From Desulfomonilia bacterium (GTDB taxonomy: Bacteria; Desulfobacterota; Desulfomonilia; UBA1062), in the NCBI GenBank assembly GCA_050014195.1, contig JBEKDT010000009.1, forward strand, positions 1-64,000: DNA of 64,000 bases, in the 5' to 3' direction. Position numbers and translations under genes: made by a program. This document shows positions 38,808-47,494 of this stretch, in pieces. The notes under the pieces are model-generated. The model saw only the letters and a list, made by a program, of their open reading frames with translations. It searched no databases and was not told where the DNA came from. How positions within the stretch are numbered: position 1 is the first letter of the stretch; each line of letters begins with the position of its first letter.

Positions 38808-39443
38808 ATGATTGACTACGGCAGATTCCCTGAATACTACAAGAACTACACGTGGTCCGGTAAGCATGTGCTGTTTGGCTATCCCCCGGACTCTTTTCCT
38901 GAGTTCAACTGGATTGCGTCTCTTGAAAAGAGGTTCCAGTGGGTGACGAAAAACTGGGCAGCTAACAGCTCGGCATCGAAATATCTCCTTCAAGAGATGA
39001 TCGAATGGGGAGGTAGCCAAAACGGCGTTCTGCAGAAATTCAACGACGCAAGTGGTGAAGTCAATTTGTTCGAGACCCTCGCCGATGTTGTTGATAACCT
39101 ATCCACCCCTGAACTGGCTATTAGTTCCGCCCTTCGCTTGCCTGGCCTTGGCTTAACCTATGCTTCAAAGCTTCTCCGGTTCATGGAACCTGCGACATAT
39201 GGTGCTCTCGATTCGAAAATCAGAGAAGCCCTCAAAGACGATGGGAAACTCCCGAAGATATACGACGGTAACCATAACAGCATGGTGTCTGGCTATGTTC
39301 GGTTCATCAATCTATTGGAGGAAATAAGCGCAGTTTTGAAGCAGAAAGGAATTACGAAGCCAGTCTGCAACCTGAGTGACAACGGTAGCTGGCGAGCGTG
39401 TGAAATCGAAATGGCGCTGTTTTGTTGGGCAGGAAATCAGTAA
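38808..39443 (+). CDS. Cassette gene, putative HhH/OGG-fold DNA glycosylase-like protein
   Basis: EWGG, LPGLGLTYASKLLRF, ALDS, EIEMALF pattern; cassette-bounded. Confidence 0.6.
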   Translation: MIDYGRFPEYYKNYTWSGKHVLFGYPPDSFPEFNWIASLEKRFQWVTKNWAANSSASKYLLQEMIEWGGSQNGVLQKFNDASGEVNLFETLADVVDNLSTPELAISSALRLPGLGLTYASKLLRFMEPATYGALDSKIREALKDDGKLPKIYDGNHNSMVSGYVRFINLLEEISAVLKQKGITKPVCNLSDNGSWRACEIEMALFCWAGNQ

Positions 39444-39446
39444 AGG

Positions 39447-39513
39447 CGCTAACAACGGCATGAAGCGGATCGTGTCCCTGGCGGGCCACTCCCTCTTATG
39501 CCGAGCGTTTTTC
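39447..39513 (+). other. Integron attC site
   Basis: GCGCTAAC (complement of cassette start GTTAGCGC) ...CGGCATGAAG...CTTATGCCG...GTT at 39507. Confidence 0.8.
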
Positions 39514-39698
39514 CCCTTGAACCCGGTGAGCGAGTGCAGGAAAATCCGGGGGAACAGCGGCGTCTGTCTGAGCGGAGTGAAACGAAGCGAGTTCAGCCGC
39601 GGCCCGGATTTTCCAAGCGAGCGAACGGACCCGAAGGGCGGGTTCACGGGGTGCCTTTTCTTTCGTCCTTTCTTTTGGCACCAAAAGAAAGGACAGAA
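39512..39698 (-). repeat. ~185-bp MITE-like repeat, right copy (inverted)
   Basis: Inverted copy of 38317-38493. Confidence 0.85.
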
Positions 39699-39770
39699 AA
39701 ATATATTCTAAAAAGAAAAAACACCACTTCATTAACCGAAGTGATGGGGGATGAGTTTGAGAAAAAAGGC

Positions 39771-39845
39771 TGGAGCGGGAAACGGGATTCGAACCCGCGA
39801 CTTTAACCTTGGCAAGGTTACACTCTACCACTGAGTTATTCCCGC
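39771..39845 (-). tRNA. tRNA-Gly (GCC)
   Basis: GCGGGAATAACTCAGTGGTAGAGTGTAACCTTGCCAAGGTTAAAGTCGCGGGTTCGAATCCCGTTTCCCGCTCCA; promoter TTGACA-N17-TATAAG at 39884-39856. Confidence 0.97.
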
Positions 39846-40092
39846 GCCATCGCCACTTATATGCAAGAGGCCTTTTTTTGTCAAGGCACATTTCCCCGGG
39901 ATAATAATATCGCATGATGGCTCTACAAGACCAGTGACAGACGATCCGTCTTTAGAGGATTCATTTGGGATCGGCCCCATGTCCATTGACAAAATTCCAA
40001 GAGACATTACTAAAAAGAGAATGGAGACATGTTCCTTTGTTTAAGGTGGCCGGTTCAACATCGGGGGAATCGTTTCAGATTTGAGGTGGAAT

Positions 40093-41007
40093 ATGGATGA
40101 AAAACAATCGAGCACAAGTGCCTCTATGGAATTTTTCCAACCTTTGATGGCCATGGTGAACCAGTTTTTATCCGGGCTTCCCGGCATGATGTCCGGCCAA
40201 AAAATGAGCGAGCGAGAGGCCAAGCCGGATAGCCACTCACGATTTTCACCGGATGCCCTGCTCTCCATTATCAAGACCTGGGGGACCTTATCTTCAGCCA
40301 TGAGTGAGCCGTCTGCAACCGGAGCTATCGCAAGCGGCATGGCCTCCCTGCCCGATATCATGTCCAGGTTCTTCCAGACAGGCATGTCGGGCTTTTTGAA
40401 GATCCATGAACAGACCGCAGACAAACTCAAGGACCTTGGAAAACGCACCGAGGCCTATAGGTTCGAAAACCTGGACCAGGACAGCATCAAGGTATGGTCC
40501 GACTTTTATGACAAGGAGATCCGCCAATACCTCAGAGTCCCCCAGCTCGGGCTGGTACGTTTCTACCAGGAGAGGTTTTACCAGACCATTGACAAGTTCA
40601 ATGTCTTTTCCACCACCTTAGCCGAATTCATGCATGTCCTCATGCTCCCCATGGAGAAGACATTCATGGTCTTGCATGATAAGATCGAGGAACAGATCAG
40701 GGAGGGCAAAACCCCTGAAGACCCTCACGAATACTACCGATTGTGGGTGAAGATCCTCGAAGGCCACTACATGACCTTGTTCAAGACTTCCGAGTACACC
40801 AAGGCCCTGTCCGATACATTGAAAACGTATGAGGAATACTTAAGCGCCCGCAACCAAATCGTTACGGATGCCATGCAGTCACTCCCCATACCCACGAACA
40901 AGGACCTCGACGACCTTTACGATGAGCTCTATCACCTCAAGAAACGGGTTAAGGATCTGGAAAAGGCGAACAAGGACCTCAAGAAGTCAGCTGCATCAGG
41001 AGGCTAA
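40093..41007 (+). CDS. phaE: Class III PHA synthase subunit PhaE
   Basis: PQLGLVRFYQE, YYRLWV, LPIPTNKDLDDLYDELYHLKKRVK; upstream of phaC. Confidence 0.88.
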   Translation: MDEKQSSTSASMEFFQPLMAMVNQFLSGLPGMMSGQKMSEREAKPDSHSRFSPDALLSIIKTWGTLSSAMSEPSATGAIASGMASLPDIMSRFFQTGMSGFLKIHEQTADKLKDLGKRTEAYRFENLDQDSIKVWSDFYDKEIRQYLRVPQLGLVRFYQERFYQTIDKFNVFSTTLAEFMHVLMLPMEKTFMVLHDKIEEQIREGKTPEDPHEYYRLWVKILEGHYMTLFKTSEYTKALSDTLKTYEEYLSARNQIVTDAMQSLPIPTNKDLDDLYDELYHLKKRVKDLEKANKDLKKSAASGG

Positions 41008-41010
41008 GTT

Positions 41011-42219
41011 ATGGAGGAAAAACCAAAGATCCCGGTCGACATAATTCTGAAGCACCTCGCGGAAGATGCTGACAAGGCCCAGGACCGTGCAAAAAAGGCC
41101 TCCGAGGTGCTGCTGGGCCCCCTGGAAACAGCGATCGCCACCACCCCATACGAGGTTATCTACCAACAGGACCGTGTCAAGCTGAAACATTACCTGCCCA
41201 TGCGCGAACCATCGAAAGAGATTACCACCCCACTGCTCGTAGTCTATGCCCTCATCAACCGGGAGACCATGCTCGATCTCCAGCCTGAACGTAGCGTAGT
41301 GAAGAACTTTCTTCAGGCCGGTATCGACCTGTACATGATCGACTGGGGATACCCCACCAGGAAGGATAAGTTGCTTACCATAGACGACCACGTGAACGGT
41401 TATATGGATGACATAGTGGATCACGTAAGGGAAAGGTGCCGGGTGGACAAGGTTAATCTCATGGGCATCTGCATGGGGGGTACCTTTTGCGTGATCTATT
41501 CGGCCCTTCACCCTGAAAAGGTCAGAAACCTCGTGACCACGGTATCACCCACCAACTTTGACACCGACCAGGGACTGCTGCACATCTGGATGAAAAACGT
41601 GGACGTAGACCTGATGGTCGATGCCTTCGGCAACATGCCTGGTGACATCATGAACTTCGGGTTCCTCCTGCTGAACCCGGCTCGCCTTATGATCGACAAG
41701 TATGTGGGTTTTATGGAGAACATGGACAACAAGACCTTTGTGGAGAACTTCATCCGCATGGAAAAGTGGATCTTTGACAGCCCGGATGTGCCGGGTGAGA
41801 CCTTCCGTCAGTTCGTGAAGGACTGCTATCAGAAGAACCTCCTCATCCAGAGCAAGCTCTTTGTGGGAGGAAAACGCGTAGACCTCAAGAAGATTACCAT
41901 GCCCCTGCTCAATATCTACGGACTCTACGACCATCTCGTGCCGCCCGGGGCTGCAGACAAGATCACCGGTGCAGTGGGAAGCACGGACAAGGAGGATCTC
42001 TGCCTTGATACAGGCCACATCGGCATATATGTGAGTTCCAAGACTCAGAGGGAATTCACACCGAAGATCATCCGGTGGCTCAAGGACAGGGACACCCCAA
42101 AAAAAGAAGCGACCGTGAAAAAACAGCCCGTCCGCAAGACGCCTAAAAAGGCTGCAAAAGGCTCGTGGATAACCAGGACAAAGAATACCACCCGTTCAAA
42201 GGAGATAACCAATGCCTGA
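41011..42219 (+). CDS. phaC: Class III PHA synthase subunit PhaC
   Basis: PLLVVYALINR, lipase box GICMGG, YDHLVP, GHIG. Confidence 0.95.
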   Translation: MEEKPKIPVDIILKHLAEDADKAQDRAKKASEVLLGPLETAIATTPYEVIYQQDRVKLKHYLPMREPSKEITTPLLVVYALINRETMLDLQPERSVVKNFLQAGIDLYMIDWGYPTRKDKLLTIDDHVNGYMDDIVDHVRERCRVDKVNLMGICMGGTFCVIYSALHPEKVRNLVTTVSPTNFDTDQGLLHIWMKNVDVDLMVDAFGNMPGDIMNFGFLLLNPARLMIDKYVGFMENMDNKTFVENFIRMEKWIFDSPDVPGETFRQFVKDCYQKNLLIQSKLFVGGKRVDLKKITMPLLNIYGLYDHLVPPGAADKITGAVGSTDKEDLCLDTGHIGIYVSSKTQREFTPKIIRWLKDRDTPKKEATVKKQPVRKTPKKAAKGSWITRTKNTTRSKEITNA

Positions 42220-43264
42220 GAAAAGTGACTACTTCAAGACCTTCTGCAAGGTGAGCAGGGCCTTCGGCACTACGCTGAAAAAGGAAAAGGTGCTTGACCT
42301 CATTGTGCAGAGCGCCATTGAAACTATGGATGGCAAGGCAGCATGCCTCTTCTTCGAAGATGATCAGAAAGAAAGCGATATCTTTGTCCCCATAGCCCAG
42401 AAAGGCCTCTCGAAGAGCTATCTCCACGCAGAGCCCAGGGAGGCCAAGCGGGCTTCGGAAGAGATCATGAAGAAGGGATATATCGCCATACACGATGCCA
42501 CCACAGACCCTCGGGTGAAGACACACGAACTCAAAAAGAAGGAAGGGATCGCATCCATCCTGGTAGTGCCGGTCGTCGTAAAGGAGAGGGTAAAAGGCGT
42601 GCTCACCCTGTATACGGGTAAGCCCCGGATCTTTTCCGATGACGAGATCCTTTTCCTCACGGCGCTTGCCGAACAAGGCGGAATGGCCATTGAGCGGGCC
42701 CGACTCGTTATGCAGATCACACGGAACATCCGTATCTTTACCAACATAGCCCAGGGGCTTAACGAGAGTCTGGATATAAAAATAATCATGGAGCGTCTGT
42801 CCGTGGACATGGCCGATGCCCTTGGTGTCAAGGCGGTTTCCGTGCGGCTCATCGATAAGGACAAGGAGGAACTCGAACTTGTGGCCAGCCACGGCCTGAG
42901 CAAGAAATATCTGAACAAAGGGCCGGTCCGGATCGAGAAGAGCGTTACCGAGGCGCTCAAGGGGAAGACCGTGGTCATCAGGGACGCCACTACCCATAAA
43001 GAGGTACAGTACAAGGATGAGAAAAGGAAGGAGGGTATCGCTTCCATCCTCACTGTGCCCATCAAGGTCAAGGATGAGGTCATCGGGGTCATGAGGTATT
43101 ATTCGGCAGAAGAAAGGGATTTCACCGAGGGTGAGGTCATGCTGGCAGAGGCAGTCGCCAGCCTTGGCGGCCTGGCCATCCAGAATGCATCCATGTACCT
43201 GATGCTGAAACAGGATATACAGTGCCTCAAGGAGGACATCTGGAGCCACCGTTCGTGGTTCTAG
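42212..43264 (+). CDS. Tandem-GAF-domain protein
   Basis: Two internal repeats KEGIASIL.VP..VK..V.GV; no output domain. Confidence 0.85.
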   Translation: MPEKSDYFKTFCKVSRAFGTTLKKEKVLDLIVQSAIETMDGKAACLFFEDDQKESDIFVPIAQKGLSKSYLHAEPREAKRASEEIMKKGYIAIHDATTDPRVKTHELKKKEGIASILVVPVVVKERVKGVLTLYTGKPRIFSDDEILFLTALAEQGGMAIERARLVMQITRNIRIFTNIAQGLNESLDIKIIMERLSVDMADALGVKAVSVRLIDKDKEELELVASHGLSKKYLNKGPVRIEKSVTEALKGKTVVIRDATTHKEVQYKDEKRKEGIASILTVPIKVKDEVIGVMRYYSAEERDFTEGEVMLAEAVASLGGLAIQNASMYLMLKQDIQCLKEDIWSHRSWF

Positions 43265-43289
43265 GCTGTTATAATAAGGAGGGCGACAC

Positions 43290-43712
43290 ATGCTTGGCAG
43301 ATCGATCAATGAAATGAAGATAGGCGATTTCGCGGAATTCTCTAAGACCGTCTCCGAGACGGACATCTACCTTTTTGCAGGCATCGTAGGCGATTTCAAC
43401 CCAGCCCATGTGAATGAGGCATACGCCAAGAACACCTTCTTCAAGACCAGAATCGCCCACGGCATGCTCGCCGCAGGCTTTGTATCCTCAGCCATCGGCA
43501 TGCAGCTGCCTGGACCGGGCACTATCTATATCAGCCAGGAGTTGAAGTTCTTAGGCCCGGTACACATCGGCGACACGGTGACCGCCCACGTGGAGGTCTC
43601 CGAGATGAATATGGAAAAGAACCGGGTGAAGCTCAAGACCTGGTGCGTGAACCAGGACGGCGTGAAGATCCTGGAAGGCGACGCCATGGCAAGCCCGCCG
43701 AAGAAGGGGTAG
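43290..43712 (+). CDS. phaJ: MaoC-family (R)-specific enoyl-CoA hydratase
   Basis: GDFNPAH, RIAHGML, LPGPGTIY. Confidence 0.88.
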   Translation: MLGRSINEMKIGDFAEFSKTVSETDIYLFAGIVGDFNPAHVNEAYAKNTFFKTRIAHGMLAAGFVSSAIGMQLPGPGTIYISQELKFLGPVHIGDTVTAHVEVSEMNMEKNRVKLKTWCVNQDGVKILEGDAMASPPKKG

Positions 43713-44009
43713 CGATCGCCGTCAGAAGTTCTTCTTTCTCTTAAGAGTGTCATTATATCTGCGCAGCACCACCTTGATGCTGCGCAGATACTCCCTGCTT
43801 TGACCATTGAAGCATCAAAGAGCACCTCTTGATTCTTGGATTATAGAAATGCTTATGATATATTTAACAACCAGTTAGAATGCGATGTCATCCATGATTC
43901 TGCATCTGAGAAAATCTATGATTTAAAACATGGGAGGATGGACGATCTTGAATTTGCCAGAAGATCAGTTCCCATAATTCAGTAATGAACGAATCCACTC
44001 ATATTCTGT

Positions 44010-44044
44010 TATACCGGAAAAAGACGGTATAGTAATTGTTCGCC
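44010..44044 (+). other. attI-like site (core palindrome only)
   Basis: TATACCG-N8-CGGTATA-GTAATT-GTTCGCC; same GTATA-N6-GTT spacing as the other two sites. Confidence 0.6.
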
Positions 44045-44161
44045 TTTACTAATACTGCTGTATTGAACTCCATTGCCCTGCAACATGACAAAAACAAAGT
44101 CAAAAATCATTATTGGTTTCTGATTGAATCTTATGCCTCATTTGCTTATGATGTCTGACAA

Positions 44162-45724
44162 ATGAATATATCTGCACTGACAACCATGGAGAAACAGAAG
44201 GCCGAGGCCGATGATCACGCCCTGCTCTCCATACCTGAAAATCTACGCATTAGCTTCTTCTCCTCTACATCCTCACCTCAACAAAAGGAACTCGGGCAGT
44301 TTCTAACGCCTCCACATGTTGCAGACCTCATGGCGACTATGTTTCAGGGTTTTTCGAGAACTGTTCGTTTACTCGACGCAGGGGCAGGCATGGGGATTCT
44401 TTCTGCTGCTTTTGTCCGCCGACAACTCCTTAGCAATACTCCGCCAAAACGAATCGAGGTTACAGCTTACGAAATGGATAAAGCCTTCATCAGTGGGCTC
44501 GAAAAGACCTGCGAAGCTTGTTGTGCTGCGTGCCAGGACAGGGGAATTGAATTCTATGCTACCATCCGGAATGCTGACTTCATTGAAGAAGGTGCAGAGA
44601 TGCTGCGTAATGATCTTTTCTCACAGATGCCACCATCCTTCGATGCTGCTATTGTCAATCCCCCATATGGAAAACTCTCCACAACGTCGGTGGCCTATCG
44701 CCGCCTACGATCTGTGGGCGCTGAAACAACTAACATGTATACTGCTTTTCTGAACTTGATCATCGGTCTGTTGAAACCTCATGGTGAACTTGTCGCCATA
44801 ACGCCTCGTAGTTTCTGCAATGGTCCTTATTTCAAGCCGTTTCGTAAACGTCTTATTTCAGAAATGTCGTTTTGCGATATCCATGTCTTTGAATCAAGGA
44901 AAACGGCCTTCAAGCATGACAGCGTCTTACAGGAAAACATTATTCTACATGCCGTTAAGTCTTTGCAGCAAACCCATACAATCCGAGTATCACAGAGCGG
45001 CGGCGGAGACGGAGACGCTGTTCAAACTTGTGTGTTTCCGGCTATCGAAATCGTATCGCCCCGGGATACCGAGGCTTTCATTCATATTCCAACCACCCCA
45101 AAGGATGTCGTCGCGCGCAATCAGATATCGCAACTTGAGGCAACACTATCGTCTCTCGGCTTGACGGTTTCGACTGGTCGAGTTGTAGATTTTCGCGCGC
45201 GGGAACATATCCGGCAAGAACCTGAGCGCTGTTTTGCTCCTCTAATCTACCCTTGCCACTTTGATGGGCTTTTTGTGTCTTGGCCTAAGGTGAACTCCCG
45301 CAAACCCAATGCGATTCTTGATAATGCTGGTACTCAAAGTCTCCTCATTCCGGCTGGTGTGTACGTCTTGACGAAGCGGTTCACATCTAAAGAAGAGCGG
45401 CGTCGGGTTGTCGCCTGTATTTATGATCCGAGTCGTGTTCAAGCAGAGCATGTTGGCCTCGAGAACCACTTAAATTACATCCATGCCAGTGGTAGGGGTA
45501 TTGACATGACCTTGGCAAAGGGTCTCTGGGCTTTTCTCAATTCGTCACCTTTGGATCTTTATTTTCGTCAATTCAACGGACACACCCAGGTCAATGCAAC
45601 TGACCTACGCAATGTGAGATTCCCTTCCGCCGAACAGCTTCGCCGAATCGGCCACCAAATTCTAGAAGAATCCATTGGCCAGGAAAAAATCGACCAACTC
45701 ATCAGCTGGGAGTTGAAATCATGA
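44162..45724 (+). CDS. Type II m6A DNA methyltransferase (BsuBI/PstI-like, gamma class)
   Basis: LGQFLTP, LLDAGAGMG, VNPPY, FNGHTQVNATDL. Confidence 0.9.
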   Translation: MNISALTTMEKQKAEADDHALLSIPENLRISFFSSTSSPQQKELGQFLTPPHVADLMATMFQGFSRTVRLLDAGAGMGILSAAFVRRQLLSNTPPKRIEVTAYEMDKAFISGLEKTCEACCAACQDRGIEFYATIRNADFIEEGAEMLRNDLFSQMPPSFDAAIVNPPYGKLSTTSVAYRRLRSVGAETTNMYTAFLNLIIGLLKPHGELVAITPRSFCNGPYFKPFRKRLISEMSFCDIHVFESRKTAFKHDSVLQENIILHAVKSLQQTHTIRVSQSGGGDGDAVQTCVFPAIEIVSPRDTEAFIHIPTTPKDVVARNQISQLEATLSSLGLTVSTGRVVDFRAREHIRQEPERCFAPLIYPCHFDGLFVSWPKVNSRKPNAILDNAGTQSLLIPAGVYVLTKRFTSKEERRRVVACIYDPSRVQAEHVGLENHLNYIHASGRGIDMTLAKGLWAFLNSSPLDLYFRQFNGHTQVNATDLRNVRFPSAEQLRRIGHQILEESIGQEKIDQLISWELKS

Positions 45725-46707
45725 GCCCACCATCCAGCAAAGGCAAGCCTCTCGGTATGCGAAAGCTAAAAGAGGCTATGGCGATACTGCGCGCTGTTGG
45801 TTTTGGCCCAAAACAAACCAACGATGTCGCTGGATATGTTCTTCTGGCGCTCCTTGACCTCGGTCCCAATGAAAGTTGGGACGCTGCCCGTAACCCGCGG
45901 CGTGGTATCACTCCGATTATTGAATTCGTAGCCGGTAAGTACCGTTTACGTTATGCCCCAAACACACGCGAGACTATCCGCGACGAAGCCGTGAAGTATT
46001 TTGTTGAAGAGGGGTTTCTCATAAAAAACCCGGACGACCTGAGCCGACCAACGACCAGCGGCAAGACCGTCTATCAGATCGAACCTACAGCACTACGCTT
46101 ATGCCAATCTTTCAAAACGGACATATGGGACTCCACCCTTAAGCACTATCTCTCGACACGAGAAAAGATAAAACGTGAATTACAGCGGGCGAGAGACATA
46201 GCGCGCATCCCAGTGCTGTTGCCGTCTGGCGAGAAGATCACACTTTCGCCCGGTGGTCAGAATCCTCTCATTAAAGCCTTTATCGAGGAGTTCTGCACCC
46301 GTTTTGTTCACAATGGTGTTGTTCTATACGTAGGGGACGCCGAAAACAAGTTCCAACACTTCAAAGTCGAATACTTCAAGAGTCTAGGTGTAGAGATAGA
46401 CTCGGCTGCCAAGATGCCTGACATTGTTGTCTATGACTCCAAGCGTCAATGGCTGGTCATCGGCGAAGCAGTGACCAGCGCGGGTGTGGTCGACGGTAAA
46501 CGACGCCGTGAACTCAAAGACCTTTTCGGTGGTTTCCACAAGGGGCTTGTATTCGTAACAGCGTTCGATACGCGTGCCGTAATGGGACGTTTTCTCAGTC
46601 AAATTTCATGGGAGACAGAAGTCTGGATCGCTGAAGATCCTGATCACGTTGTCCATTTCAACGGTGAACGCTTTCTTGGCCCGTATCCTGACACTATAAT
46701 TGGATGA
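45721..46707 (+). CDS. BsuBI/PstI-family restriction endonuclease
   Basis: YAPNTRETIRD, LSPGGQN, KMPDIV, EAVTS, ISWETEVW, HFNGERFLGPY. Confidence 0.92.
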   Translation: MSPPSSKGKPLGMRKLKEAMAILRAVGFGPKQTNDVAGYVLLALLDLGPNESWDAARNPRRGITPIIEFVAGKYRLRYAPNTRETIRDEAVKYFVEEGFLIKNPDDLSRPTTSGKTVYQIEPTALRLCQSFKTDIWDSTLKHYLSTREKIKRELQRARDIARIPVLLPSGEKITLSPGGQNPLIKAFIEEFCTRFVHNGVVLYVGDAENKFQHFKVEYFKSLGVEIDSAAKMPDIVVYDSKRQWLVIGEAVTSAGVVDGKRRRELKDLFGGFHKGLVFVTAFDTRAVMGRFLSQISWETEVWIAEDPDHVVHFNGERFLGPYPDTIIG

Positions 46708-46715
46708 TCAAAAAA

Positions 46716-46772
46716 GGCGAACAAAAGGATGCATCGGACGGCTAAAGCCGCCGGTGATCCGCAGCGTTGGCG
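46716..46772 (+). other. Integron attC site closing the R-M cassette
   Basis: AAAGGCGAAC is the exact complement of cassette start GTTCGCCTTT (44038); palindromic body; GTTGGCG end; closely similar to attC 5935-5991. Confidence 0.88.
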
Positions 46773-46909
46773 CGGCGCTTTGGTAGTTGCAGTGAAAAAG
46801 CAGGGGGGGGCTTTCATTGGTTGGAAAAAGGGTACAGATTTATTTTCTCATAGCGAATAACCATGCCATCAATACAAATGCGGGCTGCCGCCCGTATCCC
46901 TGATCCGCG

Positions 46910-47494
46910 CTACTTTACGGTCTTTGCGCTGTGGTGTGCGGGTTTCTTCGCTGCGGCCTTGGCGGGTTTGGGCTTCGCCTTTGCTGGAGCAGAAGTCTTC
47001 GGTTGTGCCGCTGCGGCTTTTGAAGGTTTTTCAAAGACCGAGGTCGCGCTCTTCATGAAATCCTGATACTGCCTGGCCTGGTCGTTGATGAGCTCCTGGA
47101 ACCCCTTGAGCCCCTCGACAGGTGAGCGGAGCTTATCGTCCAGGAGGGTCCTCAGGTGGGCAAGACCTTCCTCCAGTTCGGCTATCCTCTTTTTTAAGTC
47201 ATGATTTTCCCGGGACAGCGTGATGTATTCCTTCCTGGGTACAAGGTCCATCATAATGGCGAGTTCGCTGAAGGATTTCTGGAAATCATCAAAGGCTTTA
47301 TGCCACACATTGAGGTATCCTGGGGCCTTCTCTGTTTCAGGATCGAGGCCGTACATACGGCAGAAGAGTGCTGTGATGTCTTTGGAGTCGCCGAAATTGC
47401 CGGAATACCACTTCATGATGTCTTCGAGCTGCTGTTGTCCCTTGGCTGCGTTGATCATGATGTTGCCCCAAAATTCGAGAAACTGCTTATCCAT
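46910..47494 (-). CDS. PHA granule-associated / PhaE-like protein with Ala-Lys-Pro tail
   Basis: Coiled coil plus KPAKAAAKKP tail; coupled to the upstream hydrolase-fold gene. Confidence 0.6.
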   Translation of the reverse strand: MDKQFLEFWGNIMINAAKGQQQLEDIMKWYSGNFGDSKDITALFCRMYGLDPETEKAPGYLNVWHKAFDDFQKSFSELAIMMDLVPRKEYITLSRENHDLKKRIAELEEGLAHLRTLLDDKLRSPVEGLKGFQELINDQARQYQDFMKSATSVFEKPSKAAAAQPKTSAPAKAKPKPAKAAAKKPAHHSAKTVK

